The notes: generated from the sequence alone by a model not told the origin. Numbered from the whole stretch's first letter, positions 11,771 to 24,760 are shown. The stretch is DNA of 55,999 bases, filler included, from Sphacelaria rigidula (GCA_964200075.2; 6 parts of 6 records of this genome joined end to end with filler, not necessarily neighbours in it), one strand, 5' to 3'. Numbers and translations are program-made.

Positions 11771-13354
11771 ACACCGATATCCTCTCTCAACTTTTTCTAA
11801 CTGATGTTCTTGAACATGCTTTTGTGGACTGTTGAGTTCGCACAACGGGGACCCACATGACCTAGGTATTATGACGGTATTAGACGCTTCATGTCAAAAC
11901 TCAAGAGGAAGGGATTTCAGATGTTCCGACTTGTGTGTGTGATGAAGAAATGCCCCGCCATGAACACGCTGCTTTGGTTCGGGTTCTTGTTGAGAGTTTT
12001 TCACAATCTCGAGGAGGCTTTTGTGGTTCGGGATCGACACCCCGCGAAAAAGAGCTAGTGTGGGCGACTTTCGTCGGCCAGAAGACGCGCCACAGGTATC
12101 AGATGACACCCAAACCTGAACTGTAATGTACCCCTGACCCTCCTTCGTGCACTGCAAAACAAAGCGCAGGCTAATATGCCTTTCAGCCAGAGAAAACTCG
12201 GCAAAAATAGTGAAAAAGGCGAAATGACACATTTACATATATCCTTACACTGCGTATTGATCTATCACCTGCCGATGTCCAATATAATGAGCACCGAAGT
12301 TGGCCGTGATATGGTGAGTAATATTGTGATCAAGGAGAGTTTCGATATAGGCTGATCCCTGATGCGCTTCCTGAACTGATTGATTCATTTGGTTGGTTGG
12401 TTGATAGTGCTCGGTTGTCTGGCATGAAACTTGTCCACTTACGAGTCCACCGACGGTCACGGAAATATTGGCGTACTGTGCCCATAGCAAATACACGAAA
12501 AACATGGAAATGGAACCCCAAATTCTGTCCTAGTGAATTCGTTTCGGAAGAAACAATGAGAGCTCTATCTCCTGTAAGGAATAGCAGGTTGGTATTGGAA
12601 AAGACAAGCCTACGTCTGTGACCACGGGTCCGAGAGATCGGGCTAACGTACGGAAATAATAATGATGAAAACTAGCTGTTCCGCAGCGCGCGTTTTGTTT
12701 TTTCCAGATTTCGTGCTTCGTACAAGTTCAGTACTCTCGGGGCCTTAAGTTGATACCAATTGCTAGTAAGTGTTGTTGATTTCGTGCAGGTTTCCACCTC
12801 CGCCAAGCTGTTCGGTGTCGTCATTTGCAGCGTCCGACCTTAGAATCTTGCTGACGGGGCAACTTTGTGTCTGCCTCCGTCGGTGAGTTGCAGTATATGT
12901 CAGGCGGGCGGAGTTGCGGGGTTGATTCGATTGCAGATTGGTATTGGAAAATTCGTGTTGCTGAAAGGCGTTCGTTACGATGGCTTTTGATGCGATCGCG
13001 GAATGGCACAGCGTTGGCCCGGTGTAATCTTCACGATGTATGTCCATGTTGACATTAAACGACTGCTCGTGCTTGCATGAAAAATTTCTCAAGGGTGTGT
13101 GTTGGGTAGGAGGTGAATGCCCGGGTATTTACTCTCCCGGAGTTTGTGTTGCGATGATCCGATCTCCAAACTCTACCCAAACAAACGGGTAAAATTAGTT
13201 ACGATCGCATTACCCTGCCCATTACCCGGGTATTGTTGAGTACGATCTCAGTACTCTACCCGACTTTTGGGTACTCAAGAGTCCGATTTTGCGAAGTAAC
13301 CGAATGAAGAAAATACCCTAACAACGCAGTCTTGGAAGTTTTCACATCCTGGAA

Positions 13355-14345
13355 AATACAATATGCAATATGTATAATATATATATATATATATATATTG
13401 CTCGCTCAATATGTCGATGCGTCGGGTGGTCAATGTGTAGTCGGCGAGCAATATGGTGGCACGAGAGACAGGTCAAAATATATTGTGCCATCAATATGTC
13501 AAGGCTCGCGACATGCCATATATATTGACCAAGCAATGTATCACGACAAGCGTCACCTCAATATATATATATATATATATATATATCGAGTAATATATTG
13601 GCTGCCACACGAGGTCAATATATATATCGACGATTCAATATACTCAACACCCGAACCGCCAACATATATTGCTGCCCCAGTATGTCGTGCGTCAATGCGT
13701 CCAATATATATTGGTCGGGCAATACACGAGGGAACCGACGGACACAAGACATGATGACAAAGCAGTATATATTGATGATCCAACATGTAGATTGGAAAAT
13801 GTATTGGAGTTTTTATGGCGGGTAGTTTTATGTTCGCGGGCGCCATTGAAAGATATACCACCACATGCCGAAAACGCTCAATATATTCATCCGCGAGCGT
13901 GTTCAATGTATATTGGCTGCACAGTAGCTATGCGATGAGCGTGCGCATTATATAATGGAAAAATAATAATTTTGCATGGTTTGTGTTCAATACTTCGTAT
14001 ATATGATGGTAACTATATGTAACGCATCGCTTCGACTCAATATATTTTGACACTTAAATACATACACGACCGGCATGCGCAATATGTATTGCACGTTTTT
14101 TTCCCGAAACAAACGCATGTCCGATGCATACCGTCATACATTACTTCACGATCGTGAGACGAGAAATAAATGTTGTTGCTTCAATATCTCGGAGGTTATC
14201 TCAACACATTTATATATATATATATATATATATCGAAATGACAATATTTGCAGTCCAAGGGTACCGATATGCGTTACGCCGGCAATATATCACAAAACTC
14301 CAATATGATCGACTTGCATATAGTGAACGCATATGGTATTGTCCA
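13355..14345. repeat. Degenerate AT-rich repeat region (caatatatattg-like motifs, (TA)n runs)
   Basis: Many caatatat/atatattg motifs at short irregular spacing, with (TA)n tracts near 13375, 13560 and 14212. Confidence 0.6.
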
Positions 14346-14963
14346 TGATGTGAAATTTTCATACCGTGGAGAATGACTACATATGGTCAATGGTCGCAAA
14401 AGACACAAAATGTACTGCTTGAAGAATAGGCATATTGCAACTATTGCCGGCCGATATTAGCTGCAACAGGCTTATACTTGACGCAGTACATTTTGTGTCT
14501 ATTGCAACTACTGACTGTACGTTGTCATTGTCCGGAGTGTGCAAGTTTTCAACTACTTCCTGGCGTCTTCATGCAGTGGCTGGGCGACGACCCTGCTCGA
14601 GAAACGAACGTGCGGCGTGGGCCTTTGTTCTGGCAAGTCGCCCGTAGCCAAAGTGACAGGATTTCTCTCTTCTCTCCAGTCACCCACACACGACTCTTTC
14701 ACCCTCCGCCATTTTCATGTATGTTATCCAATATCTTGGATTCAATATATTAAGCGTGGCGGTGGAAGCCGCACAAAATCTTGTATACATACGTATATAT
14801 GTATATATCAAATATCAGTGAGCGCATGACGATTTTTTTTTTAAATCTCAATCTCGATGCAAAAAGAACAAACGTTGATTTGTATTTTTTGGCCAAACGT
14901 ACTGAAACGCTGTTGTGTGCTTTGTTTTTGTCCCGCTTCATCGCCGTATATCCATCTCACCAG

Positions 14964-15137
14964 GGTAGAGATTCGGCAAAGCCGATCGATTCGGATAACG
15001 AAGACGAAGCCAAGGAGCCCAACTGCCTGTTACTAGAACCGGACTTCCATCTGATGCAAGCACTCATGGAGAGCCAGCAGAACTTCACGATATCAGACCC
15101 CAGCATGCCGGACAACCCCATCGTCTTCGCTAGTCCG
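14964..15137 (+). CDS. AUREO: Aureochrome-like LOV photoreceptor, internal exon (linker + LOV start)
   Basis: cag|GRDSAKPIDSDNEDEAKEPNCLLLEPDFHLMQALMESQQNFTISDPSMPDNPIVFASP|gtgatt, phase 0/0. The EPDF.LM.AL..SQQNF segment is typical of the aureochrome A'alpha region. The bZIP exons were not found in this contig. Confidence 0.9.
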
Positions 15138-15446
15138 GTGATTGTAACCGTCATGATCATCCACTCGGCTCTCTCTATATATACATATATATATATATGT
15201 TATTTTCCAGCCGGGCTGTCCTCGGGATTTTACCCCGAGCTCACAGACGGGAAGCCACCCGCGCTCATTCGAGTATCCTGTATACCACCAAATGGATCAT
15301 GACCATGTCGATTTTGTGTACATTTTTCAAGTGAATATGATGGTCGATCCAACCCATGACCAAACCCCGGAGTAGGTCCAAGGATAATGACTTTTTTTTC
15401 ACCTAGTTGCTATGTGTTGGCACCGCTGCGGAAACTTTCATAGTGG

Positions 15447-15652
15447 AGGTATCTCAAACTCGGCTCCCGGTATCCTGGTTTATTCACTGGCTATGAGTTG
15501 TTTACTTTTTTTCAAGTGAAAGTGATCGCGATTCATAGGAGGACCTGACCTGGCGATCAAGGGGTCTCATCATCTGATGAATCGGCATCACTTTTACTTG
15601 AAAAAATGGAACAAAACAAATAGGATACCCGGAGCCGAGTTTGAAATACCTC
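15447..15652. mobile_element. MITE-like inverted repeat in LOV intron
   Basis: gaggtatctcaaactcggctcccggtatcct (15447) is the near reverse complement of aggatacccggagccgagtttgaaatacctc (15622-15652). Confidence 0.7.
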
Positions 15653-16270
15653 TAGTAAGAGCCCCATTCCGCACCGGCTGCAAAGTCAGCAGCAAACTTT
15701 CGAAGCGCCAAAGTCTTGGGAGGTAACGCGAGCAGCGGGATACGGTAGCCCCCCCTCCCTCCGGAACAAACCTTACCTTTCTTACCGCGCAGTTCCCTTT
15801 ATTTATGCTCTCGAACCCCTTGTGCTACGAAATTACGGGTCATTCTCCGGCGAGTCCATGTAAGCTGAGGGCAATCCCTTTCTTTTTCTAAGAAAAGTTG
15901 ATTTTGTTAGCAACGAATAACTTTGTCGTGGTAGGAAGAATGAATGCCGTTGTCGTAGTACAGATATACAGTGATCCCAGATAGTCGTAGAGTATGTTTG
16001 AGTATGTTTCAGAAGGCTTCGTCGGGCATCTAAAGGGCAAGTAAACTTCAAGTTTCACTGCGTGTGTATGCGGCTTGACGCGCACCTCTTAATCCTCCTT
16101 GGTGTGCCACTACTTTTGAAAAAAGCATTTGTTCAATTGTTTCGAATTTTTTTTTTCATTTTTTTTGTCGACTTTTTTCCTTCCGTCACTTTTTCTGTTA
16201 TATGTCTTTACTTATTTTTTTGTCAATTTTTCTTGCTAACTTTTCTTTGTACGCGGATGCGACAACACAG

Positions 16271-16336
16271 GGCTTCTTGAAGATGACGGGGTACACCATG
16301 CAGGCCGTCCTTGGTCGAAATTGCCGCTTCCTGCAG
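16271..16336 (+). CDS. AUREO: Aureochrome-like LOV exon containing the photoactive Cys
   Basis: cag|GFLKMTGYTMQAVLGRNCRFLQ|gtaag, the canonical GRNCRFLQ motif. Confidence 0.95.
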
Positions 16337-17342
16337 GTAAGATCCATCGGTCGATCGATACAGTAGTTGATGATTGCTCGGTTGGTTGATGGATCATCGC
16401 AACTCAGTCGAGAGTGTCGAGAACGCCTACACCCGATCCTATCATGGCTACTGCGTACTATCCCAATGTTAAGGAGACAGAGATAGCAACAATGCAGCTG
16501 GGGTCTCTAAGTGCAGCTACCAGGAGATACCATGGTTGCAGCCAACCAAGCTCCCACAAGGGCACACTGCACAAGACCTATGTTGCTCTCTTCATACGAA
16601 TTCACCCAAATTCATATGTGTTACATAGGTTCTTTGTGTAACTGCTGGGAGGATAAGAGACTCTCATGTCGGTTGCATAAATTATTTCGACTAGTAGCTC
16701 TCTAGCTCAGTATAGCCGGTGCGCAGCCATAGGAGCAGAGCGTGGCGGTGATGCCTGGGTGGCAGAAGCCAGCAAGTAAGAGAGCAAGCCAGCAAGTGGT
16801 AGGAAAGGGGTGGCTCCTGCCCACATCGCCATAATAATGGCAAATAACAAGCGCGGTACAACGCGTCACAGAACCCAGCGTCTACTAGTAGACCCGCACA
16901 TCCTACGAATATTTCTAAACGCTTCTGAACCTCATGACACCGATCAAACGAGCGCTGAAACACGAATATTGTGTGTGCACTATTCAAGCGCCCACTGCTT
17001 CCCAAAGGGTTGGGAGGAAAACTCTGATTGCTGTCGGAATCCGACCCCACGAAATCCATACGATCCACTTGTCGTGGCGATGTAGCTGTTTCTAACCCTT
17101 TGACCGCGAATCACGGTAGCCATGTTCCCGTCAATCTGTGTATGTCAACGCGAACGATTGTGACTACTCATCTCTTTTTTCATTCTTCCCAAATTCACGA
17201 AAATTCGCAACGCAGCGAAAAATGCACGAACCTTCGCAACCGGAGCGCGATTTTCTGTTCTGATATGTTTTATATTGCTCTGTTTTTTTTTTTTCGCGAA
17301 TCAAATTCTGTGCTGCGTATGTTCTGGCTTGTGTCTGTCTAG

Positions 17343-17401
17343 GGGCCGGGAACAGATACGGGCGCGATTGACATCATTCGCCGAGGGGTTGCGGATGGAC
17401 G
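17343..17401 (+). CDS. AUREO: Aureochrome-like LOV exon
   Basis: tag|GPGTDTGAIDIIRRGVADG-CG|gtgag, phase 0/2. Confidence 0.92.
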
Positions 17402-17481
17402 GTGAGATGCTTGACACGCATATCGTACCCGTTGTTTTGGAGAGGGAAACCATCGAGCTGTCGTACTTCAATTCCCCCCCA

Positions 17482-17990
17482 CCCCCGTGGGGTTGGTGTC
17501 GGTTGGCAACAATGCTGAAGGGCACGCCACTCACTGCGTAAGCTAGGAAGCCAAGTTACCGATTTGTTTGCGCGCGCTTGCGGGTTTTTTTCGGTAACCG
17601 TGACGGTGGTCGAGCTAGATCATATTGTGCGGGGTGGGAGAATCTCCACTCCGCGCTAAAGGAATTATCGTACTACGTAGTGTTCATATGGTGAGACACC
17701 CATGACGCAGTGTGTAACCTGTGGCTGTATCTGGAAGTGGCGATACCAGAATAATGAAGCAACTCATTGTAGGCTGTCATCCATATGCAAGATAATCAGT
17801 GGGCTTCGGGCCAAATCTTACAGTAGCAGGATGCACCTCACCCTTCGTGCGACTCGCTCAACACATCACGGCGCTTCGCGCTTGATGATTGATCGCGAGC
17901 CTTATCCCGGCGTGTTCCGTCCCGGCCCTGTAGGGATGCGAGGTCAACGGTCATATGACTATGGCATGCAAGATCATGAGTAACCCCCCT
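17482..17990 (+). mobile_element. Non-autonomous element with LINE-like 3' tail ending in poly-C (family A), copy 1, in LOV intron
   Basis: Aligns along its length with 54620-55105 and over its 3' half with 33930-34216; ends ...ggcatgcaagatcatgagtaacccccc. Confidence 0.85.
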
Positions 17991-18071
17991 CCCCCCGCAC
18001 GCCTCCCGCGCCCCCCCCCCCGCACGCACCCATGTGCAACCCGTGTCCGCGTTTTCTGCTGTCGTCATCAG

Positions 18072-18165
18072 AGATACCTCCGTCTGCCTGCTGAACTACA
18101 AAGCAGACGGAACACCCTTCTGGAACCAATTCTTCGTGGCGGCTCTCAGGGACGAGCAAAGCCAG
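18072..18165 (+). CDS. AUREO: Aureochrome-like LOV exon (final LOV exon lost at contig end)
   Basis: cag|A-DTSVCLLNYKADGTPFWNQFFVAALRDEQSQ|gtggg; phase matches the previous exon (CG+A = Arg). Confidence 0.93.
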
Positions 18166-18601
18166 GTGGGCATGCCAGCAAACGGCTGTGGTGCTTGCAG
18201 GAGAAGTGATGGTGCCGCTTTGTAGCGCAGTGTTGTTGTTCTTGTTGTTCTTGTTGTTGTTGTTGCCGTTGTATACTCGGTTGGTGTGCTTGGGTGTCGC
18301 GGGTCTGAGTTGAGTCGAGGACAAAGGGACGAGAACACAACAGTGGGAAGCGGTGTATACCGCAGTTCGACCATATGATGGTGGTGCAGCTGGACAGCGA
18401 CGGATTATTTTCGTCGATGTTCATCCGGTAAAACGTCGGCCTCTCTTGCACACGTGAATTTGTTTTGTCCTGGAGTACGGCGCGTCATGCATGCATGTTC
18501 GTCACGGGGAAAACCAAAAATGCCCCCCCCCCCCCCCCAGATCGGAAGGGGGTAGTGTAGGGAAGGCGGGTAGATCTCGGGGGGCGCCGGAACATTAAAA
18601 A

Positions 18602-18701
18602 NNNNNNNNNNNNNNNNNNNNNNNNNNNNNNNNNNNNNNNNNNNNTTAATTAATTAANNNNNNNNNNNNNNNNNNNNNNNNNNNNNNNNNNNNNNNNNNN
18701 N
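18602..18701. other. Artificial contig linker
   Basis: Same N/TTAATTAATTAA/N spacer. Confidence 0.98.
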
Positions 18702-18959
18702 CAGTATATGTCACGGACAGCAGTGAGATGCGCCAGTTCTTGTTCAATTTTTCAAAACCTTTCTTTTTCAAAACAAATCGGGTATCGGCATATGTGATGC
18801 TGTTCCGTGGAAGAACAGTTGCACTCTGGCCATACTTGTTGGGTGTGATGGTGGTCGGGAAAGTGTAAATTAGTGTTCCGAGAAGGATCACACGGTTACT
18901 TGATCCCAGTATTGGAGCGGGGGATCATTTTCGTCATTAATAATATTGATAATAACAAT

Positions 18960-19040
18960 AATAATAAGAATAAGAATAAGAATAAGAATAAGAATAAGAA
19001 TAAGAATAAGAATAAGAATAAGAATAAGAATAAGAATAAT
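18960..19040. repeat. (AATAAG)n microsatellite
   Basis: Direct inspection. Confidence 0.95.
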
Positions 19041-20384
19041 AATAGTGATATTGATAACAATAATTATATTAATAAGAATTCCCCGACTGAGAAGAGATGC
19101 GCATTTGTACCTCTGACGTGAGTCCTTCTTTGGGTCCGTGTACCCCTTTTCGACCGATCAAGAAATGCGAGTCTTTTCTGCTGATGCAAACGTCCATCTA
19201 CTATTTCAAGGGTCAGACGAATAATGATTCGTCTGAAAATGACTTCATGTTCTTGTGATTGATTCGTATCGTACAAATCCATCCTCGAGCTTTATTTTCA
19301 GCGTTGCAACCCAGGTACGCGCACGCCCAGGAACGTGGAATGGCGCAAAATGTTGGAGGATAAATATTTTTTCCGCGGTCAACGATATTCTCTCGTTTTA
19401 CCGATCAGGCCTCGAAAATCGTAGATTTGGTGATTCAAACCAGCGATGATTCGTCCGATCCTTCCACTTTTTCAGAAAGTTTGAGCTGTAGTCATCGTTC
19501 TTCTAACAAAATGGAACAGAGCTAAAACTAGGCAGCGGCTCGGCGGTCGAAGTGTTGCCACCCATTGTTCGGGTGTGGGGGGACTAGAGAAAAGACAACA
19601 CTATACTGTACTGTGCTCCATCAAACTGCTGTTGCACTGCTGTTTTACTGTTATGGGTTGGAATAAGGAGCCTAACGACCAAAACTACCGACGACAAGAA
19701 TAGAAATCAAAAGCGCGGAGAAATCATGAACCCGTCAGTAGGTGGTCGCACCTGTGCCGAGCAGAAGACGACCAAAACACAGGCTTCATCACTTATTAAC
19801 TTGGTTAAGTATGCGACAGCTGTAGCACTTGAGCTCGCGCGGTTCTCGACACAGGAAGCAAGTCGGCCCACGGTACTTCACACGCCCCCGCGTACGCACA
19901 ACAGCTACGCCAAGACGTTACACACTTGACTCAATTGACGACAACGAACCGCAAAAACCCGCGGAAGTCAAAAACACCTTATTTTCGTATATTCGGGTTG
20001 TTAGCGGCTTGGTATCACGCGCAAAGGCAATAGCCTAACGTTTCAAACTAGATTGGGTGTGCGGGAAGCGCAAGCAAGAAACCGCAGTCCAACCTCCCGC
20101 TTCGTTGCCGAGATAGCCACGTTGCGAGATCGGCACTTTCGGGTTGAGGATCAGTAGCGTTTTCCGAGGTCGAAGATGGCAAATTCCAACAAACAGGTGC
20201 GCATTTGTTTTATTTTCCGCAAGCAAGTTGTGACGACATGCAGCTTGGTTGCGGGCCATCAGGTACTGCTTTGTTCTGTGCGGCTGTGCACAAAGGGCAC
20301 TGATAACAATATTTAGACACTGCGATTTTTCCCGACGTGCTTTCTCGACCAAGTGTAATATTTTGGCGGTTATGATGAAAAAAA

Positions 20385-20550
20385 AAAAGGCAAGCACCGC
20401 AGAAGGAAGGTGGAGAACTAAAACAAGCAAAGAAGAGAAAACTCCTGCGTTGGCCTTCCTCCTGTGTGACCCCGGCTGGTGCGCCCACATGTACCTAAAG
20501 GTGTAGACCGGCGTCCAGAGTAGATGGGACGACAACACGCACACACAATC
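20385..20550 (+). mobile_element. tRNA-derived SINE, 3' half (5'-truncated)
   Basis: aaggcaagcaccgcagaaggaaggtgg...ctcctgtgtgaccccggctggtgcgccca...ggcgtccaga...caacacgcacacac matches 40805-40970. Confidence 0.85.
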
Positions 20551-20579
20551 AATCTGTCCTAACATTTGCTTTGGTAGCG

Positions 20580-21500
20580 TGCGGCCAGGTGCTGCTCTGT
20601 TCTGTGCAGTTGTGCACAATGGGCAACTTCGCTTTCAGCAGCGAGTATCCTTCACACCTTGAGTTGCAAAGGGTGAGTTCATAGATCAAATGCGGCTTTC
20701 TTGTTGCAGACGGTTCCAGCACAGAACCCAGGGCGTCTAAAGAGATTGTTTTTCCCGTTGACGCACTGGCTATCACCGGCTCGGCGGAGCCACGATGTTG
20801 GACATGACTGTCTGTACATACTACAGATAATATGGAAACTACGCAACTTGCGCCAACTTGCATCTTCGACGAAAATTCAACTTTTGGCAGCAACCAATAT
20901 CAAGATATTTGCTTCGGTCGCGATCCACCATATGCCTCTCTGTTCTGTGGGGAGGTGCACAAAAGGCAACCTCACGTATCATGAGCGAATAGCCTTTATC
21001 CCTTGCCTGGTAGGGTACGAATTTACAGATAAAATACGGCTGTCTTGTGGCAGACGGTTCCAGCACAGAAACGAAGGCGTCTAGAGCGTTCCTATTTTCG
21101 ATGACGTACTGGCTATGACCAGGTCGGTAGAGACACGATATTTCAAGTCACTGCCTGTACATACTGCAAATAATATCTGAACAATGCGATTTGCGTTAAC
21201 TGGGATTTGCGACCAAATGTTATGTTTCGGCGGCAGTCAATCTGTGATAACATTTGCTATAGTGGTGGTCCGCCGTGTGCTGCTCCGTTCTGTGGGGATG
21301 TGCACAAAGGACAATCTCACGTATCATGACCGAATGCCTTTTTATCCCTTGACTTGTAGAGGGCGAGTTCACAGGTAAAATACGGCTAACTTTTGGGAGA
21401 TCGATTGTATTTTCGATGACGCACTGGCCACGACCGGGTTGGCAGAGCCACGATGTTCCACGTGACTGCCTGTACATACCACAAAAAATACGTAAGCTAT
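20580..21500. repeat. Diverged tandem repeat, ~345-bp unit, ~3 copies
   Basis: gttctgtg.g..gtgcacaaa.g.caa at ~20598, ~20942 and ~21286, each followed by ...gatgacgcactggc...ccacgatgtt...gactgcctgtacatac; a partial fourth copy lies near 20270. Confidence 0.75.
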
Positions 21501-22639
21501 GCTGCTTTAGCCAACTTGCTGTTGAAATAGGATACTATTCAGGCGGGAAGGGACGCAGTCGGTGAATATCCAATTCACCTCATCCCGGCGCTCTTCGAGG
21601 AGCGTCGCCCCCTCCCATTTCACCATTTATCTTGTCTCTGCCGGCCGCACACTTTGTTTTTGCCACGCTTGCCCAAATTCGTCTCTCACGAGGTTTGAAG
21701 TTAGGGGAAATTTGACGTTGAAGATGTTGATGTGGACAGAGTGTACCAGACCGTGTTCAAGCGACCGACGAGATGGGATTCCTCCCACTCATGCCATGAC
21801 CCTGACCCCGTGGGGCCCATGAATTGTGGAATCTCCAATGCTGCCGTCACAGCTATGCGCAGGATATGCAACGCGCAGCCAATCCGCGCAGCGTGAACCC
21901 TTTGATCGTCGTCAACATCGTTAACATCATTTTCACGTATTTCCAGATGCGCGGCGCTGCTGTTCATGGTCTCCAAATTCCGTATTTCTTGGTTCTAGCA
22001 ATATGTCAGGCACACGTTTCACTGCTGTTGCTGTGGAGTGTGGCGACCGCAACTGCTGCTATTGTGTTCGTGTTATAGTCTGGTTATGTTCCCCAGGGCA
22101 GTAGCCGTGGAGTGGGAGCTCGGGGGGGCTCGTGCTTCCCGAGTGCTACTGCAGCAGGACACCAGTACAGAAATAGCAGCGCAATCGCCGGAGCAACAAC
22201 AGTTTTCACTCAGATCTGGTGCAATTGATCTGATACAACAATATCACCGCAACACCGACTACTCACAGGCTTGCAGAGATGTACCATGAATATAGTATAT
22301 ATCATATGAGCCAGGTCGTAATTTTTAGGTGACGCATGTATGATATGATTGGCCCGATCACGGTCCATTTATTCCGTACACAGTGGTCGGTGCACACTTT
22401 TCCCAAATATAGTGCCCAAATTCGCCCCCCACACCGACACATAACTTTGCGTATACTCCCGACCAACCCGCCGTCCTCAACAAAAGCAGATGGGAAATGA
22501 GCACAGACACAGAGGAGGAAATGTGGGAGGGGAGGAATAACTTTGGTGCGTGCGTATGTCTATAGGTAATGCATGCCGAAGGACTTTCAACGTCATGGTT
22601 CACATGGTTGATCATAAGGTTGGCAGTGACGAGTTCGTG

Positions 22640-23480
22640 CACAGTAAAGTGCAGCACAGTGTTGTCTTCGCTCTCCCCCTCCTGCATCCTTTCCCTCTGT
22701 ATATGGGTATCAGGTTATACCGAATGTCTGGATAGCGTCAGGCCGTACCTTACCGAGACAAGGATATAGAAGTGGGAAAAGAGACAAAGTAATGCAGCTT
22801 GCCGGCCCACAGCACCTACCTTGGGTCTTGAAGAGGATTCATAACATTGGCTTGACCGAGAGCAGTCGGACATGAGTCCGGAAATATCAACGGGCGTGAC
22901 TGAAACACTAAAATAATCTGCGATGTTGTTCAATGCAGTACAGTACAGTGCAGTACAGAGTTGTCTTCTCCCTCCCCCTGCCGGATTTCTTCCCCTTGTA
23001 CATGGGTATCAGACGACATCGAATGTCTGGAGAGCGTCAGGCTGTGTCTTCTCTAGATAAGAGAAAAAAAGTGGGAGAAGTGACATAGCAATGCAGCTTG
23101 CCGACCCGTGACAACGATATTTGAGTCCGAACCAAGATTTACAAAACTGGCTTCACTGGACGCAGTCGGAAATAGGTCTGAAAATCTCAACGGACTTCAC
23201 TGAAAACAAAGATATAAAGTTGAATGCTTTACAGTACAGTACAGAGCAGTACGGCACAGTGTTGTCTTCTCTGTTACCCTGCCGCATCCCTTCTCTTTGC
23301 CTATGGGTATCAAAGGGGACCAGATTAGACCAAATTGCTGGCGAGGGTCCAGCCGTGTCTCATCGAGGCTAAGAAGGGAAGCGGGAAGAGGGACAAAGCA
23401 AAGCAGCTTGCCGGCCCACAGTAACCACCTTGGGTCCTGATGAAGATCCAAAAAACTGGAAGTTTGGGACGAGCGATGAG
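22640..23480. repeat. Diverged tandem repeat, ~295-bp unit, 3 copies
   Basis: cagtacag.gttgtcttc.c....cct.ccg.at...tgggtatca...gcagcttgccggccca at ~22650, ~22945 and ~23245. Confidence 0.8.
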
Positions 23481-23489
23481 TGTTTTCAC

Positions 23490-24760
23490 CGGTGTTGAAT
23501 ATCGAACGGGAAAAAGAAAGTTCTATACAATATTTTGAAAGTATCGACCTCGAGACGTCGATACCGATTTTTTTCGATACGCGAAAAATAGCCCGGTACG
23601 TTTGAATACTCGATACTGATACTCGATACGATACGATACGGCTGTTTTGGTGGGAACACAGCTTGCAAGACCTCATCGTACTATACTGACACTAGCGACC
23701 AAACGCGGAGTGGGTGCACGCCTGATTGTATGAAGGTACAGCAGCACCAGTGTGTGGTTTGTGATTTGTTATCTGACATCATAGAAGTGGCGGCACAAGA
23801 CGCGGCGTGATGCTTCGGTTTGACAAAAACGGTTCATCGTGCAAGAGGCAAGTCGCAAAAGATGTGGTTGATCACAACGCCAGGTGTGATGCATGATACA
23901 TTGTGTGTTGTTCAAGCCGGTGATATTCCAAAGTATATTCCGTGGCCACTATTCCGTCATGTTTCGATCGAATTTGAGCATTGACCTCGGCTCTGCGCAC
24001 TGCGCACTGCGAATACACTCATTAGTCAGTGCCAAACGCGCCAAACCTCGAAACTGGGCGATAACATGATAAATGCAAATGCGCGCTCGCTTTTTCTGTT
24101 CTCCGTACCAAACAAGGGGGAAGTCATAAGCATACGTCCAATTTTTTCATTGTCGGCTATACAACGAAATATACCCTCCAGACACCTAAACGCCAAAGCA
24201 ATAGAATTCCAAAGCTTGTGGAAAAAAATGGATATGATGAGAAGAGATGACCGTCTACCCTCACACGCAAAATTGGCGCCATCTCAAGGGTCCGCTACCT
24301 TCGCGGTTCACTCTACTTGCTCGCTCTCTCCACTCTTGGTTGAGGGCACTGGGTTGGCCGCTGGTTCAGCAGCAGCCGCCGCCGCAGACACAAATACAAA
24401 GTTCGGCAGAAACGTCGACCGCAGACTCTGCGCTACCGCCTTTCACAAAGCCGAAAGTCTGAACGCGGCTCATGTTGCAGACCGGTGTGGTTCGCAGCAA
24501 GTGGCTGTATGGTGGGCTGGTGGGCTGGTGGGCAGTGGGGTGATGGGCGGTGGGACGATGTGTTGTTTACCGCCCCCCCCCCCGGTAAAATAAATATATA
24601 AATATATCGACCATATCAATATCCGATATCGATACTGATATTGATACGTATCGACAAATATCGGCTTGGCAAGGCGATACCGATACGTCGTATCGATATA
24701 TATATATATAATATATATATCGAAATCGTATCGAATATCGATATCCGATTTTCAACACTG
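23490..24760. mobile_element. Non-autonomous DNA transposon (hAT-like) with 15-bp TIRs and ATCGAT-rich subterminal repeats
   Basis: Left end cggtgttgaatatcg versus right end cgattttcaacactg (13/15 inverted match). Clusters of atcgat/cgatac lie at both ends. The 8-bp flanks gttttcac / ctttctac are a possible decayed TSD. Confidence 0.6.

Noticed and set aside
9352-14960. bZIP exons of the aureochrome
   Set aside because: No RxxRNRxxAxxSR-type basic region was found; they are presumably on another contig, so a LOV-only protein cannot be excluded.
15570-15605. Hammerhead ribozyme at ctgatga motifs (also 25949, 31102, 45640)
   Set aside because: Could not find the stem II-GAAA-stem III-NUH architecture around any of them by eye.
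21947-22270. Possible signal-peptide exon plus following exon (MRGAAVHG... / AVAVEWELGG...)
   Set aside because: No recognisable domain and splice phases could not be reconciled; needs RNA-seq.
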